Shown in pieces: positions 50,201 through 57,766 of a stretch of 64,000 nucleotides of DNA; within the stretch, counting starts at the first letter, position 1; every line of letters starts with the position of its first letter. The notes below the pieces were generated by a model, which had not been told where the DNA came from, did not search any database, and was given only the letters and a program-made list of their open reading frames with translations. The DNA is taken from positions 1 to 64,000 of IMG/VR virus record IMGVR_UViG_3300002220_000288, one strand, 5' to 3'. Position numbers and translations under genes: made by a program. The DNA is from a virus. Its lineage: Duplodnaviria > Caudoviricetes.

Positions 50201-50245
50201 TCCTTTATTTGAAAAAGGAAATCGCTGTGTTACGTTTTGAGCCAT
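41207..50245 (-). CDS. Giant tail protein (tail tubular B / stabilisation-like) with five 311-aa super-repeats
   Basis: Propeller-like N-terminal part (AFNRMWVAG..LYSSKTGRPESFP..IWFLSNDGIYAW); YETK-YD-like motif VETKFYDMG followed by repeats. Confidence 0.75.
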   Translation of the reverse strand: MAQNVTQRFPFSNKGVVQKIDINQLQDGQYSLLLNTVSEQEGSLSPRYGHTNLTGSWPSGTPAYAASLHVTQIGATSTPTFFLSEGTNLYRKIGTSGNYSSLATSVSTSNKRVGIATYKTDQTESTGMTYFATGYNDYPGGDYTRGMLRNNNSSSTAKYWGILPPAKPATITPSTVTIVPIIASGTSGSIAISSTRVSGTISTATEQPTGSSFYKITFTSTSAAWLPGMYIVCGSQSSIIEKVDSAGAIYAFFATAPSGAVTAYESTAITTTAGQAYSITSATLTADLSFSGQNDVEGYVSDDTVSFSFFTSTPENIYDIRLRLYTGGSTSAYYEKAISPGEVQRLQNAATSNSTIDPYGPESAPNEYNTGVYLDTNNYTIPTGEKINYDTTQAGLNPAYLTPSKAGTGAWSQVEISKRSFLAAGGAGTVDDGSGGLGWKNITSVEVIVRPITTTDVISFKLGSIFAYGGKGVNSNYGAKLTPYRYVYTYKNGVTGAESNPSIEMIPENGLNLIRQGINVSMLGADQTDTQSFSSEVNRICIYRTGGSFADGFYRRVGIVDNIDGAVVNFVDTADDLSIVGAPIAEFDNDAPVTSDIGNEYKARIVGSLTKGGLSTVTLTGITYPSGGNLRSILTPGTVVNIGGASSLTSATNSTGKQESCIVLSVGTASFTTYTQYDHVNDELVIWDTNAGAACDTICSAFNRMWVAGDPKNPHILYSSKTGRPESFPVINEVTGNPHVLSISSPDNPINGIAEFNGEIVCLCQNGIYTVRLDNGRLVGPFKTPANRGLVLKHAWGYVDNEIWFLSNDGIYAWGGGSVRKVTFAIDFIFNRKKVNDIAFFDRNNSTYYPLCNIQQKNNEVFFNYINSDGWFFILRYNLLFDRWSLDEVYDPSQLQYPNGESTRNGINLRPAAITAMAAEKASGKLYASKTIATGAWPTPTFSMALIDYDDVSTYTDNSESVYYQVETKFYDMGAALTKKNFTDIGLEFTSGTGTDAGNSFFYRVYYDYLSNPINASTLTAADNGKTYEILFAGTTDFTTIGAVGSTVGLTFVKSGAGGTGTGSVIEVDAGAISNASSGRQIAEFPLQQISSASAGREARAALFSLHGLSKAYNTFHNFAYTFIPLSDVIKGRVTDWDDLGHPFDKRLFNVTIEYDNNNTNLVLLLDTIGGLNSATTALSAQIITLPAKVGRAKSSIPITADIIAKMVRLRPQVATTDYQIFNYSFQKEDYPRDIVNNTDWSDLGYPYEKRLYQLYINCDTNSQNVSVDIEADGAVLQAVTVNGSATNRMQTIPINKDLIGKLIRLKVSGSIPVGGKFQLFDFKFDYEKLPQPTVLSTPWSDFGYDYLKYAEQISFDVNTNNQIVPVSIYGDGVLMQTVNVTGTQANRNQIITLNPALTFRTMRLEVGVIPAGGRFQLWDYRPIFRPADKGEVFHTFDWDDLQYPYDKKLTEVSIEFETGASDDVKIALDILSGVDGNTRTLAFQTLTLPNTSGARGFKTFPINETVCKMIRIRAIGSGSPTTSVLPASFKMYGYKFSNVVQYPADIVNFTDWSDLGYQYEKRLYQLYVNCDTNGQNVSVNIEADGSVLQTVTINGTATNRMQPIPINKDLIGKLIRLNVVSVPAGGKFQLFDYKFDFESLPKPIVLSTPWSDFGYDYLKYAEQISFDVNTNGQSVPVSIYGDGTLMQTINVTGTQANRNQIVTLNPALTFRTMRLEVGTVPANGRFQLWDYRPIFRPADKGEVYHTFDWDDLQYPYDKKLTEVSIEFETGTSDDVKIAIDTISGIDGSTQTLAFQTLTLPNTSGTRGYKTFPINETVCKMIRIRAIGSGSPTTSSLPATFKMYGYKFSNVVQYPADIVNFTDWSDLGYQYEKRLYQLYINCDTNSQNVSVNIEADGTVLQTVTINGTATNRMQPIPLNKDLIGKLIRLNVVSVPSGGKFQLFDYKFDYENLPKPIVLSTPWSDFGYDYLKYAEQISFDVNTNNQIVPVGIYGDGVLMQTVNVTGTQANRNQIITLNPALTFRTMRLEVGTVPAGGRFQLWDYRPIFRPADKGEVYHTFDWDDLQYPYDKKLTEISIEFETGASDDVKIAIDTISGVDGATQTLAFQTLTLPNTSGVRGFKTFPINETVCKMVRIRAIGSGSPTTSVLPASFKMYGYKISNVVQYPADIVNFTDWSDLGYQYEKRIYQLYVNCDTNGQNVSVNIEGDGSVLQTVTINGTATNRMQPIPINKDIISKLIRLNVVSVPAGGKFQLFDYKFDYESLPKPIVLSTPWNDFGYDYLKYAEQISFDVNTNNQSVPVSIYGDGVLMQTVNVTGTQANRNQIITLNPALTFRTMRLEVGTVPANGRFQLWDYRPIFRPADKGEVFHTFDWDDLQYPYDKKLTEVTIEFETGAADDVKIALDTLSGINGTTQTLAFQTLTLPNTSGIRGFKTFAIPETVCKMIRIRAIGSGSPTTSVLPASFKMYGYKFSNVIQYPADIVNFTDWSDLGYEYEKRFYQLYVNCDTNGQNVTVNVEGDGAVLQTVTINGTANNRMQPIPLKKDLIAKLVRLNVTSIPANGKFQLFDQKFEFENLPKPIVLSTPWTDFGYDYMKYAEQITFDINTNGYQIPVDVYCDGVWKQRVVVEGTQQDRNFNCTLNPAITFQTMRLQVNPDQIPSGGRFQLWEYKPVFRPADKGPVYHTFDWDNLDHPYDKKISEITIEFETNGKDVVVALDTITGINGNTENLAVQTFTLNSTGRGYKTFPVNETICKMVRIRALSTGGRSNRLDPDFKMWGYRFGNTVPYPPDIQKFSEWTDLEYPCDKIFRGVGLSIDTGGVNCTVTLEVDGVAKQTFTVNTTSESRQVFLTAQNNTEIIGKMYRLTFDPGAGGKAQVFGAPNFNTVKDSCPFVFLDSYEQGLGSAGYTVLKQFWADYKCDGDIIVKFYNEDNVLFYSKTLPPHAAREVQRFYLPVKNGSVINKSKKHRIIIEAVDPSKPFKWYRDTSRLEYINLSADQRQGYYQFIPWTNMQLAV
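41880..46530 (-). repeat. Five coding tandem repeats of 927-936 bp (mostly 933 bp)
   Basis: DWSDLGY codons recur at 46521, 45585, 44652, 43719, 42786. Confidence 0.92.
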
Positions 50246-50246
50246 A

Positions 50247-50501
50247 TTAGGTCATCCGTGCTTTCAGCTTACTGGAAGTAGTATTGTAGTAAATCTCACC
50301 TACCGCAATACCAGCGGTTCCGGCTGCCGCATCATTAGCCGCCTGCGTGAATACAGAATAAAGAACTGCGTCGATTGGATTAAGAGCTATCGTTCCGAGT
50401 CCTAATACTGTCTGGTTAGATGTAGACGCATTGGGGCTGGTGGTTAATTGCAAGTCTTCTTTGAATAGCTTGCGAGGAGTTACGGTGACCGAAGAAGGCA
50501 T
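50247..50501 (-). CDS. Small virion protein
   Basis: NDAAAGTAGIAVGEIYYNT motif seen in fibre/capsid-associated proteins. Confidence 0.6.
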   Translation of the reverse strand: MPSSVTVTPRKLFKEDLQLTTSPNASTSNQTVLGLGTIALNPIDAVLYSVFTQAANDAAAGTAGIAVGEIYYNTTSSKLKARMT

Positions 50502-51316
50502 TATGCGACCTCTAGTAGAATTTCTTGCGCGACAGCGCGGAGTAATCGAACGGCCTCTTGAGACCGATTAAGGTAGTATTTTTGGAGGGTCGTGTTCTTG
50601 ACTTCGCCATCCATGCCAAAAATACGAGATAAAATCATGAACTTCACGTATGGCTTTAGGCTGTCTTGTATGTCGGGAATGTAATCATCGAGGCTGGTTA
50701 TTTCCTTCTGGAAAGTGTAAGTCGTTATTTCCGTAAGGTTAGTCGCGCTGCATGTCATACCGGAAACAGTGCCAAAGAAAGGGTACGTAGCTTCCAGATA
50801 AACATCGCCAGTATAAGCAGATGCAATCGTCCCGTACAGCGGTGCTGTTGTCGTGATGTTAAAGTCAACCACTCCGCTAGTCGATGAGATATTTCCATAT
50901 AAGCCAGCGGCGCAAGTGACTGTATTCCCGGACCATGAAGGAGCTGGCCTGATCTCGATCTGGTCTTCCTGTACTTGATCGTTCCTCCACTCGGAAGGAA
51001 TTCCATTGGGCTGCAACTGCCAGCGATAATCTGAGTTATCCCAGTAGTTTCCAGAGCTGCGGTACAGGTTTTCTTCGTCTGCGTATATATTCGTCGGCTG
51101 GTTTACAAAGTAATCTTCATTGTAAACTCTTGTGCCAGCGACTATAGGGAGGTGGCAAATCTTCTTATAGCAATCAGAGACTTGAAGAAAATCCCTCAAA
51201 CAGTCATTCAAGATATCAAGGAAGTCGTCTTTAGATACAGTATCGCCTGTTAGCGCGCTAGGCTCTAGTAAAACGTCGCATACTTCCTGATATAGCTTCC
51301 TGACACTTATAGCCAT
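50501..51316 (-). CDS. Head-tail adaptor-like protein
   Basis: N-terminal helix pair ..DILNDCLRDF, IEIRPAP, C-terminal helices. Confidence 0.55.
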   Translation of the reverse strand: MAISVRKLYQEVCDVLLEPSALTGDTVSKDDFLDILNDCLRDFLQVSDCYKKICHLPIVAGTRVYNEDYFVNQPTNIYADEENLYRSSGNYWDNSDYRWQLQPNGIPSEWRNDQVQEDQIEIRPAPSWSGNTVTCAAGLYGNISSTSGVVDFNITTTAPLYGTIASAYTGDVYLEATYPFFGTVSGMTCSATNLTEITTYTFQKEITSLDDYIPDIQDSLKPYVKFMILSRIFGMDGEVKNTTLQKYYLNRSQEAVRLLRAVAQEILLEVA

Positions 51317-51323
51317 TACCTTT

Positions 51324-51349
51324 ATTCTAGTCGTGGCGTTAAATCAATA
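51324..51349 (-). promoter_or_regulatory. Candidate late promoter TATTG-N15-TAGAAT, 7 nt from ATG
   Basis: Recurrent motif. Confidence 0.5.
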
Positions 51350-51361
51350 TCAATGAAAAGG

Positions 51362-52054
51362 TTAGAACGGCTGTATGCGGATCATGCCAGCCAGCCGAAG
51401 AAGTATGATTTTAATCAGCTTCGCCTTTTCCCTCAGTGGACGAGTTGCGATATCGGTAGTCTTGGCTATCTCCGCCGTACTTCCAGTGATTTCTTTCACG
51501 TTATTAGCTATCGCATATAGATCAGGGTTGCTTACCTGCTTGTCTATATCGACAATGACGCTATCTATGTGTTCTAGGGTCTGAAATACTCTGGGTGATC
51601 CATCACGGATTTGAACTTCCAATCCTTCAGTAAGTCTATCTAGCTTCCTGATAAGTTCTGCTGACGCCAGCAAAGCCTCCGACCCGCTTGCCGATAGATC
51701 GCTGATATCTTCTTTTAGGGAAACAGTTAGCGCCCTCAACTCCCGAACTGTCAGTGGCAACTCTGGCATTACCTCGGTCCTAATCTGCCTAGTAATCTCT
51801 GATATATCTCTCAAGATAACGGCAGTTGTTTCTACATTCGCCTTGGTTGTCCAGTAATTATCCTCCATCACGTCGTCTGCGTGCTTTAAGAGTTTCCTTA
51901 CTTGTTCGTCTCTTGCCTCCAGCCTATCTACTAGTTGAGATATGCGAGGCTCCATCAACTTCGGCATGTAGATGGCCTGATAGGAGAGGCAAGAGAATAG
52001 TACTGCCGCCGAAAGGTACATAAACAGCCTAGTTATTTTGATAGCACGGTTCAC
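51362..52054 (-). CDS. Membrane-anchored coiled-coil protein
   Basis: N-terminal TM LFMYLSAAVLFSCLSY then heptads. Confidence 0.6.
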   Translation of the reverse strand: MNRAIKITRLFMYLSAAVLFSCLSYQAIYMPKLMEPRISQLVDRLEARDEQVRKLLKHADDVMEDNYWTTKANVETTAVILRDISEITRQIRTEVMPELPLTVRELRALTVSLKEDISDLSASGSEALLASAELIRKLDRLTEGLEVQIRDGSPRVFQTLEHIDSVIVDIDKQVSNPDLYAIANNVKEITGSTAEIAKTTDIATRPLREKAKLIKIILLRLAGMIRIQPF

Positions 52055-52416
52055 TTTGTCTTTTCGAGTAGGTAAGCAAGCTGAGTAGCTGTTCGGGCTA
52101 CGGTCGTAGACGCTTCCGGGAACCGTAGTTCAACTAGGTCCGTGGCAATGCCGAGGGCGTACAGCTTGTTTAACTCCTTATCGACGGGCGAACCATCAAA
52201 AAGCCGTGGGTACTTTGACTTAATAAGAGCCCAAGCCGCGTCATCTACCGTGCCCGGAATAGCGCCAACGACGATATCTCCAGCGATCTTCACGAAAGGT
52301 CCGACCCTGGGGATTAGTTCTTCTACCTGTGTGAGGCTGTTGAAAAGCTTCTTATTGTCCCAGAACTTACTTAGTAGTCCAGAGAAGAAATTGCGAACGC
52401 GAGCTAAATCAAACAT
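52051..52416 (-). CDS. Hypothetical protein
   Basis: AAGGA RBS, coupled. Confidence 0.6.
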   Translation of the reverse strand: MFDLARVRNFFSGLLSKFWDNKKLFNSLTQVEELIPRVGPFVKIAGDIVVGAIPGTVDDAAWALIKSKYPRLFDGSPVDKELNKLYALGIATDLVELRFPEASTTVARTATQLAYLLEKTK

Positions 52417-52425
52417 CTTTATTCC

Positions 52426-53082
52426 TTATTTACTTGGTGATTGTTCGTCGTAGTACAGGTTCGGCTGTCTGTAGCTGAGCCAGTACTTATTCAGTTTCAT
52501 TAGGGATTCGAAATTCCTATACATTCCAAGGGATTGCATAAATGGCATCCCTTGCATTTTGCATTGTACCGCATGGGCGGCGTAATCTACAACTGCGGTT
52601 AAGCCTTCTTTCGGGATATAAGCAACGTCGGAATCGTTTACGAGGATATCCGGGTTGGTTATCCCTGTAACCTGGAGTGTAGCGCCGCCCAGCGAATCTG
52701 CTGGATGAATAGCGAACTTAGTGATTCCAATCGGAATCCAGCGAGAGGTTGGTGTTCCGGTATTATCGGAAGTCTCCTTCATCCAAGCAGGCCATTCGTT
52801 ACTAGTCTGAGCCAATGGGGACTTCTCTAAAACCTTTCCTGCCCACACAACTCTTTGAGGGAATAAGATTTGCTCTGGGATATCGTAGATAACTCTCCCG
52901 GCGACAGTGGTTCCTCCGCCTGGAACAGAGAAGGTTTTCTGATACCATCCGCACATCATGTTTAACGTGCGGAGTCCGTCGTTAATAGCGTCTGTTACCT
53001 CTTGCCCTGAATACATCAATGTATTGCTCTCTAGGCGAGAGTACACTTGGTCCTTCAGGTCGGCAAGAGTTAGTCGAGACAT
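52426..53082 (-). CDS. Head-tail adaptor-like protein
   Basis: LTLADLKDQVYSRL..DAINDG, FAIHPA, AVVDYAAH. Confidence 0.6.
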   Translation of the reverse strand: MSRLTLADLKDQVYSRLESNTLMYSGQEVTDAINDGLRTLNMMCGWYQKTFSVPGGGTTVAGRVIYDIPEQILFPQRVVWAGKVLEKSPLAQTSNEWPAWMKETSDNTGTPTSRWIPIGITKFAIHPADSLGGATLQVTGITNPDILVNDSDVAYIPKEGLTAVVDYAAHAVQCKMQGMPFMQSLGMYRNFESLMKLNKYWLSYRQPNLYYDEQSPSK

Positions 53083-53087
53083 CTATC

Positions 53088-53315
53088 TTACTTACTGCCC
53101 TTGATCCTGCTGTCGGCAACAATAAGTCCAGCGCCGTTACAAGGCTCTGGATATCCGTAATTGTCAACCGCCTTCTTGCTGAAGTCGAAATTGGAATACC
53201 CGTTCATTACGTGATTTCCGCGAACCCAAGGGTCAGGGCTAGTGACAGGGTTGTAGGCGTCCACCTCAATAGCGGTCGATACAGGGTGTCGGTACTTTTC
53301 GTATTGGCGATCCAT
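53088..53315 (-). CDS. Hypothetical protein
   Basis: AAAGGA RBS. Confidence 0.55.
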   Translation of the reverse strand: MDRQYEKYRHPVSTAIEVDAYNPVTSPDPWVRGNHVMNGYSNFDFSKKAVDNYGYPEPCNGAGLIVADSRIKGSK

Positions 53316-53325
53316 GTTTAATCCT

Positions 53326-54489
53326 TTAGTAGCTAGAGTACATCAGTGCGTCGATTGAGTGAGAGCGGTTCCAGTCAGCGCCTCCAGGCATACCCGATCC
53401 GGCTCCGCGAGTCACAAACTGCTGCTGTAGCTTCTCATTGTCAGCTTGAGCCATATCGAGATAAGCTGCCTCGAACTTCTGCTCGTAATCACGAGATGCC
53501 CGTGGGTCATAGAAAGCATCGTCTGGCCCGATTTTTATCCGATAAGCATCGGCCATCGCTCCGTAAAACAACACAGTCGGGTTCATGAAAGATGGGATTC
53601 TGTCCCCTTCGGTTGTCAGCTTGGGAGGTTGCTTGAAATAGAAAACCCTTAACTGGCGCTCTTCTTGAGGGGAAGGCCAAATCTCCCACTGCATATTCCC
53701 ATTTGCGTTAGTGCCACGGTTTGCTAATATCTGAGGGTATCCAGTAGAAACTCGCTGAGGGTCGATTCGGTTGATCTCCGTGATAGGGACATCAATCCTT
53801 AAAGGAGGAATGCCTTGGGCTTGGTCCACCACGGCGCTTAACATCTTAATGTCGGGCGCAACCGTATAGTACATCTGCCGAATAGTGTAAGCTACTCCCG
53901 ATTGTGCAGTAGCTTTCCATTCCATGTCGAGAATGGCTTGAGTACTGGATACTACCGCCTCGATAGTGAATATAGGAAATGTGTTTCCGCATCGGACTTG
54001 ACGGCCAGCCAGTGAACTTGAGGTAGCCGTACACCCGGCCGAGTGAGCGTAGTTAAATATAGCCGTAAATGAAGTAGGCCCAACGTAGATCACGGACACG
54101 ATCTCAGGGGTGCCGCCTGCATCCACATATAGGTAGGTATCTGCCGTGATACCTGTCATAGACGCCGGGGTTACGGTCTGAAATCCAGGCCGTAAAACCC
54201 CAGCGGGAATAGTTGTGTTTACTACGTCGCTTACAGGCCAAGTCATTCCGGTCCCGTTAATCACCTTACTGTTCTGGGTGAAGTCAATAGAACCGGCGTT
54301 ATAGGGGGTCGGAACGTACAGGATAGTCTCTTCAAAATTACCAGACCAGCAAGGTTGGCGGTCCAGAATAAGCCTAATCCTGTCGTTAATGAAATCCTGC
54401 GCCACGGTCGGCGGCAGGTTGGGCTTGATCGCTCTAATGCGCCCAACTAATTCACCTAATGATGTCGTGTACTGCTGTTGAATAGCCAT
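53326..54489 (-). CDS. Head-tail adaptor-like protein with beta-rich insertion
   Basis: SLGELVGRIR..DFINDR, WEIWPSP, VLFYGAMADAY. Confidence 0.6.
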   Translation of the reverse strand: MAIQQQYTTSLGELVGRIRAIKPNLPPTVAQDFINDRIRLILDRQPCWSGNFEETILYVPTPYNAGSIDFTQNSKVINGTGMTWPVSDVVNTTIPAGVLRPGFQTVTPASMTGITADTYLYVDAGGTPEIVSVIYVGPTSFTAIFNYAHSAGCTATSSSLAGRQVRCGNTFPIFTIEAVVSSTQAILDMEWKATAQSGVAYTIRQMYYTVAPDIKMLSAVVDQAQGIPPLRIDVPITEINRIDPQRVSTGYPQILANRGTNANGNMQWEIWPSPQEERQLRVFYFKQPPKLTTEGDRIPSFMNPTVLFYGAMADAYRIKIGPDDAFYDPRASRDYEQKFEAAYLDMAQADNEKLQQQFVTRGAGSGMPGGADWNRSHSIDALMYSSY

Positions 54490-54530
54490 AGTGATGTAGT
54501 TGGGCCGGGAGGGTTATGCCCTCCCGGTTG

Positions 54531-54896
54531 TTAGAAGCTGTACCAAGTACCGGCAGTTGCGCTCGTTGCCTTGCTGATGAGCGTGGCGCAAGTGTTGGTC
54601 GTGGTAATATCAGCGGCATAGGTTCCGACAATCGTATCGCCAGAGGCGGCAGCGATCTTGACGGTCTGAGCAGCCAGATTCAGAATCCGAATCTGCTGAG
54701 AGTCACCAATACCAAGTCCACCGTATTGCGGAACTGCGATAGAGGGAAGAGTGATCGTGGCCGTGCCAGAGGTGGAGACGGTCAGGAGATCACAAGGGTA
54801 AATGTTGCCTGCGGCTGGATTGTACCCGAGAGTCCGAGTACCAGCAGCGCCCGTGACGTTAGTTACGCCAGCTTGAAGTGCGCGATTACCTAGCAT
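54531..54896 (-). CDS. Putative capsid decoration protein
   Basis: Directly after MCP; ATITLPS..IRILN..VKIAA..GDTI. Confidence 0.55.
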   Translation of the reverse strand: MLGNRALQAGVTNVTGAAGTRTLGYNPAAGNIYPCDLLTVSTSGTATITLPSIAVPQYGGLGIGDSQQIRILNLAAQTVKIAAASGDTIVGTYAADITTTNTCATLISKATSATAGTWYSF

Positions 54897-54941
54897 GTTG
54901 AATTTTTCCTTTTCTTTTTCTTGAGTTCTTTTAGGCTTTTA

Positions 54942-54970
54942 GTGGGGCGGCCAAACTGCGGCCACCCCAT
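54942..54970. other. GC-rich hairpin after the major capsid gene (second hairpin at 54505-54527)
   Basis: GTGGGGCGGCC/GGCCACCCCAT; no U-tract on the coding strand. Confidence 0.45.
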
Positions 54971-54989
54971 CTAGCTGATTTCAAACCAC

Positions 54990-56063
54990 TTAGGCGATGC
55001 CAGTGCCCGTCAATTTGAATGATGTGCGAGGGCTAGGGACAACCAAGTTGCCTGCAAACATGAACTGGCCGCTCACGTCAATGGTGTTCTGTGCTTCCTT
55101 GAAGCCGGTGAATCCGAACTGGAACTTCTTGTTTGCGGAAACATAGAGTTCCATGTAGTTCGTGTTCAGACCGAGGATGACGCCGTAGGTGGAACCAGCC
55201 ACATCGTTCAGGTACTTGGAGATGGTGACATCTGCCGCGTTGAACTGGAAGGACTGGATACCAACCTTAGCAAGGTCGCTATCGGCACGCATGTAACGCT
55301 GGTTGGAGATGGTGCTGTTCCAAATCCGGTTGTAAGCGCCCTGGGTGCAAACCAGAAGATCGGGCTGGTCGGCACCGAACCATGCAAAGCCGTAGGCGTT
55401 GTTCAGAACGTTGAGGGTGAACGAATCGACGTACCGATTGGTATAGGCGTTGATACCGTTTACCTGAGCGTAGGTCGTTGCGTCACCGGAGCTGGGGCCA
55501 GCTACGATGTCGGAGCGGGTGATGCCACCAACAGTCGCGAAGGAACGACGAACGTCAGTTACGGTCGTGTAGTTCACGCCGCCAGTACCGCTGGTCACCG
55601 TGCTGCCGTCGTCAACCCAGGCCATGAGGCCGTCGAGAGACTTAGTGCCGGAGAGAACTCCCTGGCCGTCCTGATAAACAGTCGTGCCGAGAAGCTTCGC
55701 CATGGTGAGAGAAGCATTTGCCATCTTGCTCTCTACGATAGAGAAGGCAGCTTCCGGGCCACGGTTCAGAACGTCGTCGGTTCCGAGTAAGGTTACGTTG
55801 ACGTAGCCAAACTTCATGTTCACCGAGAAAGCCGTATCGGTCTGGCGGTAGCCGGTGTCGAACTGATCGCCACGAGCGAAGAACCCGTTAGCTAGTTCTG
55901 CGAACATGATAGGACGCTGAATGAACAGACCGCCCTCGAAGTTGATCTTGTTCTTCGACATAAGCCGAACAAACAGTGGATCGTTCTTAAAGATCACGTC
56001 AGTCGTCTTGGGGACGATGTGCTGAGTAGTGATCGCATTGATATCGTTATAAGTAAGTGCCAT
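54990..56063 (-). CDS. Major capsid protein
   Basis: 357 aa after scaffold; DVIFKNDPLF, QPDLLVCT, GLNTNYMEL, AGNLVVPSPR. Confidence 0.85.
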   Translation of the reverse strand: MALTYNDINAITTQHIVPKTTDVIFKNDPLFVRLMSKNKINFEGGLFIQRPIMFAELANGFFARGDQFDTGYRQTDTAFSVNMKFGYVNVTLLGTDDVLNRGPEAAFSIVESKMANASLTMAKLLGTTVYQDGQGVLSGTKSLDGLMAWVDDGSTVTSGTGGVNYTTVTDVRRSFATVGGITRSDIVAGPSSGDATTYAQVNGINAYTNRYVDSFTLNVLNNAYGFAWFGADQPDLLVCTQGAYNRIWNSTISNQRYMRADSDLAKVGIQSFQFNAADVTISKYLNDVAGSTYGVILGLNTNYMELYVSANKKFQFGFTGFKEAQNTIDVSGQFMFAGNLVVPSPRTSFKLTGTGIA

Positions 56064-56112
56064 GATTTCCTCTTTGAGAAATTACCGGGAACCAAGAACA
56101 CTCACTTGTGAG

Positions 56113-56949
56113 TTATTCCGTGATTCCAAGTTGTTGTTTCCTGTAAGCCTGTGCTGCGATTTGAGCTAAGGTTCCGTCACCCAGGTTGGCCTTCTCTGCC
56201 GCATCTGGCTGTCCCACCGAACGTACCCGAGCTTCAAAATGTCCCGTTGTTGGCTCACCCTGGTCAATCGGTAAACCACCCGAATTGGGAAGCTGAGCCA
56301 AAACCTCTTGCTTTGCCTTCTCGCGTTCTTCATTACGAATGCGCTCGATCTTTTCTTCCATCTGCCGCTCTTCGCGTGACTTCCGCTCTTCGGCAACGTA
56401 GCGGTCATACGCCGAATCAAGATCGTTCGTTCCGTATTCGCCTAGCTTCGAGATGAACTCCCGAACCTTCAGTGGCTTGCCAAATTCGTGAATATGTTCG
56501 GCTGTCTTTTCAGCAATTACCGCCGAGAAATAAGCAGAGCCTTGGAAGCCCTTGTCAATCTCTTGAGCTTTGCTATTGATGGCCGATTCCAAATCAGTCT
56601 TGGTCATCACACCACGTTCAGTCAGGAAGCCTTCGGTGAAGTTCTTGATCTCATCAAATGTCATGTCTGTATCCGTCCTTGATTCTAGTTCCTGTGCTTT
56701 ATTGCGCCAGTAGATTTCCATCTTAGGAGCGTTGTTTTCCGCATCCCAGTTTTCTTCTGCCCACTTGTTCCACGCCTCCACTTTCTTCTCCGTATCACGG
56801 AAAGAATCCAGCTTGCGCGAATAATCGGACTGTCGAAGCCATCCATTTTTGATTTCTGGATACTTATTTGATAAAGTCTCAAGCGATTCACGGTCATCTG
56901 CATCTGAAACTAAGCCATTCAAAATATCATCGAAGCTATTTACTGCCAT
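56113..56949 (-). CDS. Putative capsid scaffolding protein
   Basis: GWLRQSDYSRK motif, acidic and helical, precedes MCP. Confidence 0.7.
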   Translation of the reverse strand: MAVNSFDDILNGLVSDADDRESLETLSNKYPEIKNGWLRQSDYSRKLDSFRDTEKKVEAWNKWAEENWDAENNAPKMEIYWRNKAQELESRTDTDMTFDEIKNFTEGFLTERGVMTKTDLESAINSKAQEIDKGFQGSAYFSAVIAEKTAEHIHEFGKPLKVREFISKLGEYGTNDLDSAYDRYVAEERKSREERQMEEKIERIRNEEREKAKQEVLAQLPNSGGLPIDQGEPTTGHFEARVRSVGQPDAAEKANLGDGTLAQIAAQAYRKQQLGITE

Positions 56950-57036
56950 TTTCCCTTTCAACAGCTCCAGCTAACCTGTTCTTGTAACCTGTCTTTCGAC
57001 GCCAGTTCAAGGTAGTTGCCTGCTGCTTGAGGTTGG

Positions 57037-57393
57037 TTAAGCGCCTAAGCCCATTCCGCCAGGGCCTTCTGCTTGAGGAGGCGTCTGAGCGGTTTGCTGC
57101 TGAGGCATTTGTGTCTGGATTTCATTGGAGAGCATAGAGCCAGCTTCAGCCATCTTTTGAACGATAGGCATAAGCTCTTTCTTGCTCTGTCCGACAACCT
57201 GCGCTACCTTCATCAGGCTAGAAGCAATGTCGTCGAGTAAAGTCTGTACAAATTTCATGGGGTCTTGCGACTCAGCAGCAGCGCCGCCGCCGCCAACCAT
57301 GCCCCGAGCCTGATCTGCATAAGCAGCCATCGGAGGCATCTGTTGTGCCATGACATCTGGTGAAACCGGAGGTGTACCTGCTACTGGACCCAT
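57037..57393 (-). CDS. Hypothetical protein (Pro/Gln/Met-rich)
   Basis: AAGGA RBS. Confidence 0.6.
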   Translation of the reverse strand: MGPVAGTPPVSPDVMAQQMPPMAAYADQARGMVGGGGAAAESQDPMKFVQTLLDDIASSLMKVAQVVGQSKKELMPIVQKMAEAGSMLSNEIQTQMPQQQTAQTPPQAEGPGGMGLGA

Positions 57394-57402
57394 GATATAT
57401 CC

Positions 57403-57678
57403 TTAGAAACCCTTCTTGCTGTCCACTGCCCGTTCGGACATCGGGGTGTTTGCCGACTGATAGCCAAGAACCGGGGCGTCACTCATCTTGATTTGGTCCC
57501 CGATAACTTGAAACTTCCCACTGTGAGCGCCTGCCCCGTACTTGACGTTGGATGGCGTGGTCTGAAGAGGGACCGTCGTTCCAATAGTCTGAGCCTGCGG
57601 CTTACCGTGGTTTTCAGGCAGCACATTGCGTGGCTCGCTCTTTACGGGTTGAGTTGTGCCAATGATCTGTGCTTTCAT
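57403..57678 (-). CDS. Hypothetical protein with short internal repeat (AQxIGT)
   Basis: AGGAG RBS. Confidence 0.6.
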   Translation of the reverse strand: MKAQIIGTTQPVKSEPRNVLPENHGKPQAQTIGTTVPLQTTPSNVKYGAGAHSGKFQVIGDQIKMSDAPVLGYQSANTPMSERAVDSKKGF

Positions 57679-57766
57679 CTGATCTCCTATAGCCTATAAG
57701 TCTTGTGACCTATTAAGGCTCTAATCTAATTCTTGAACATTGGGTTGACATAGTGCAAAGAAAAAG

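Noticed and set aside
24868-50887. Numerous plus-strand ORFs opposite the structural genes (e.g. 27895-28452, 28591-29211, 41555-42184)
   Set aside because: Antisense shadows of long genes, with no RBS or motifs.
54505-54970. Intrinsic terminators flanking the decoration gene
   Set aside because: The hairpins lack a U-tract on the coding strand; kept only as possible stability or processing elements.
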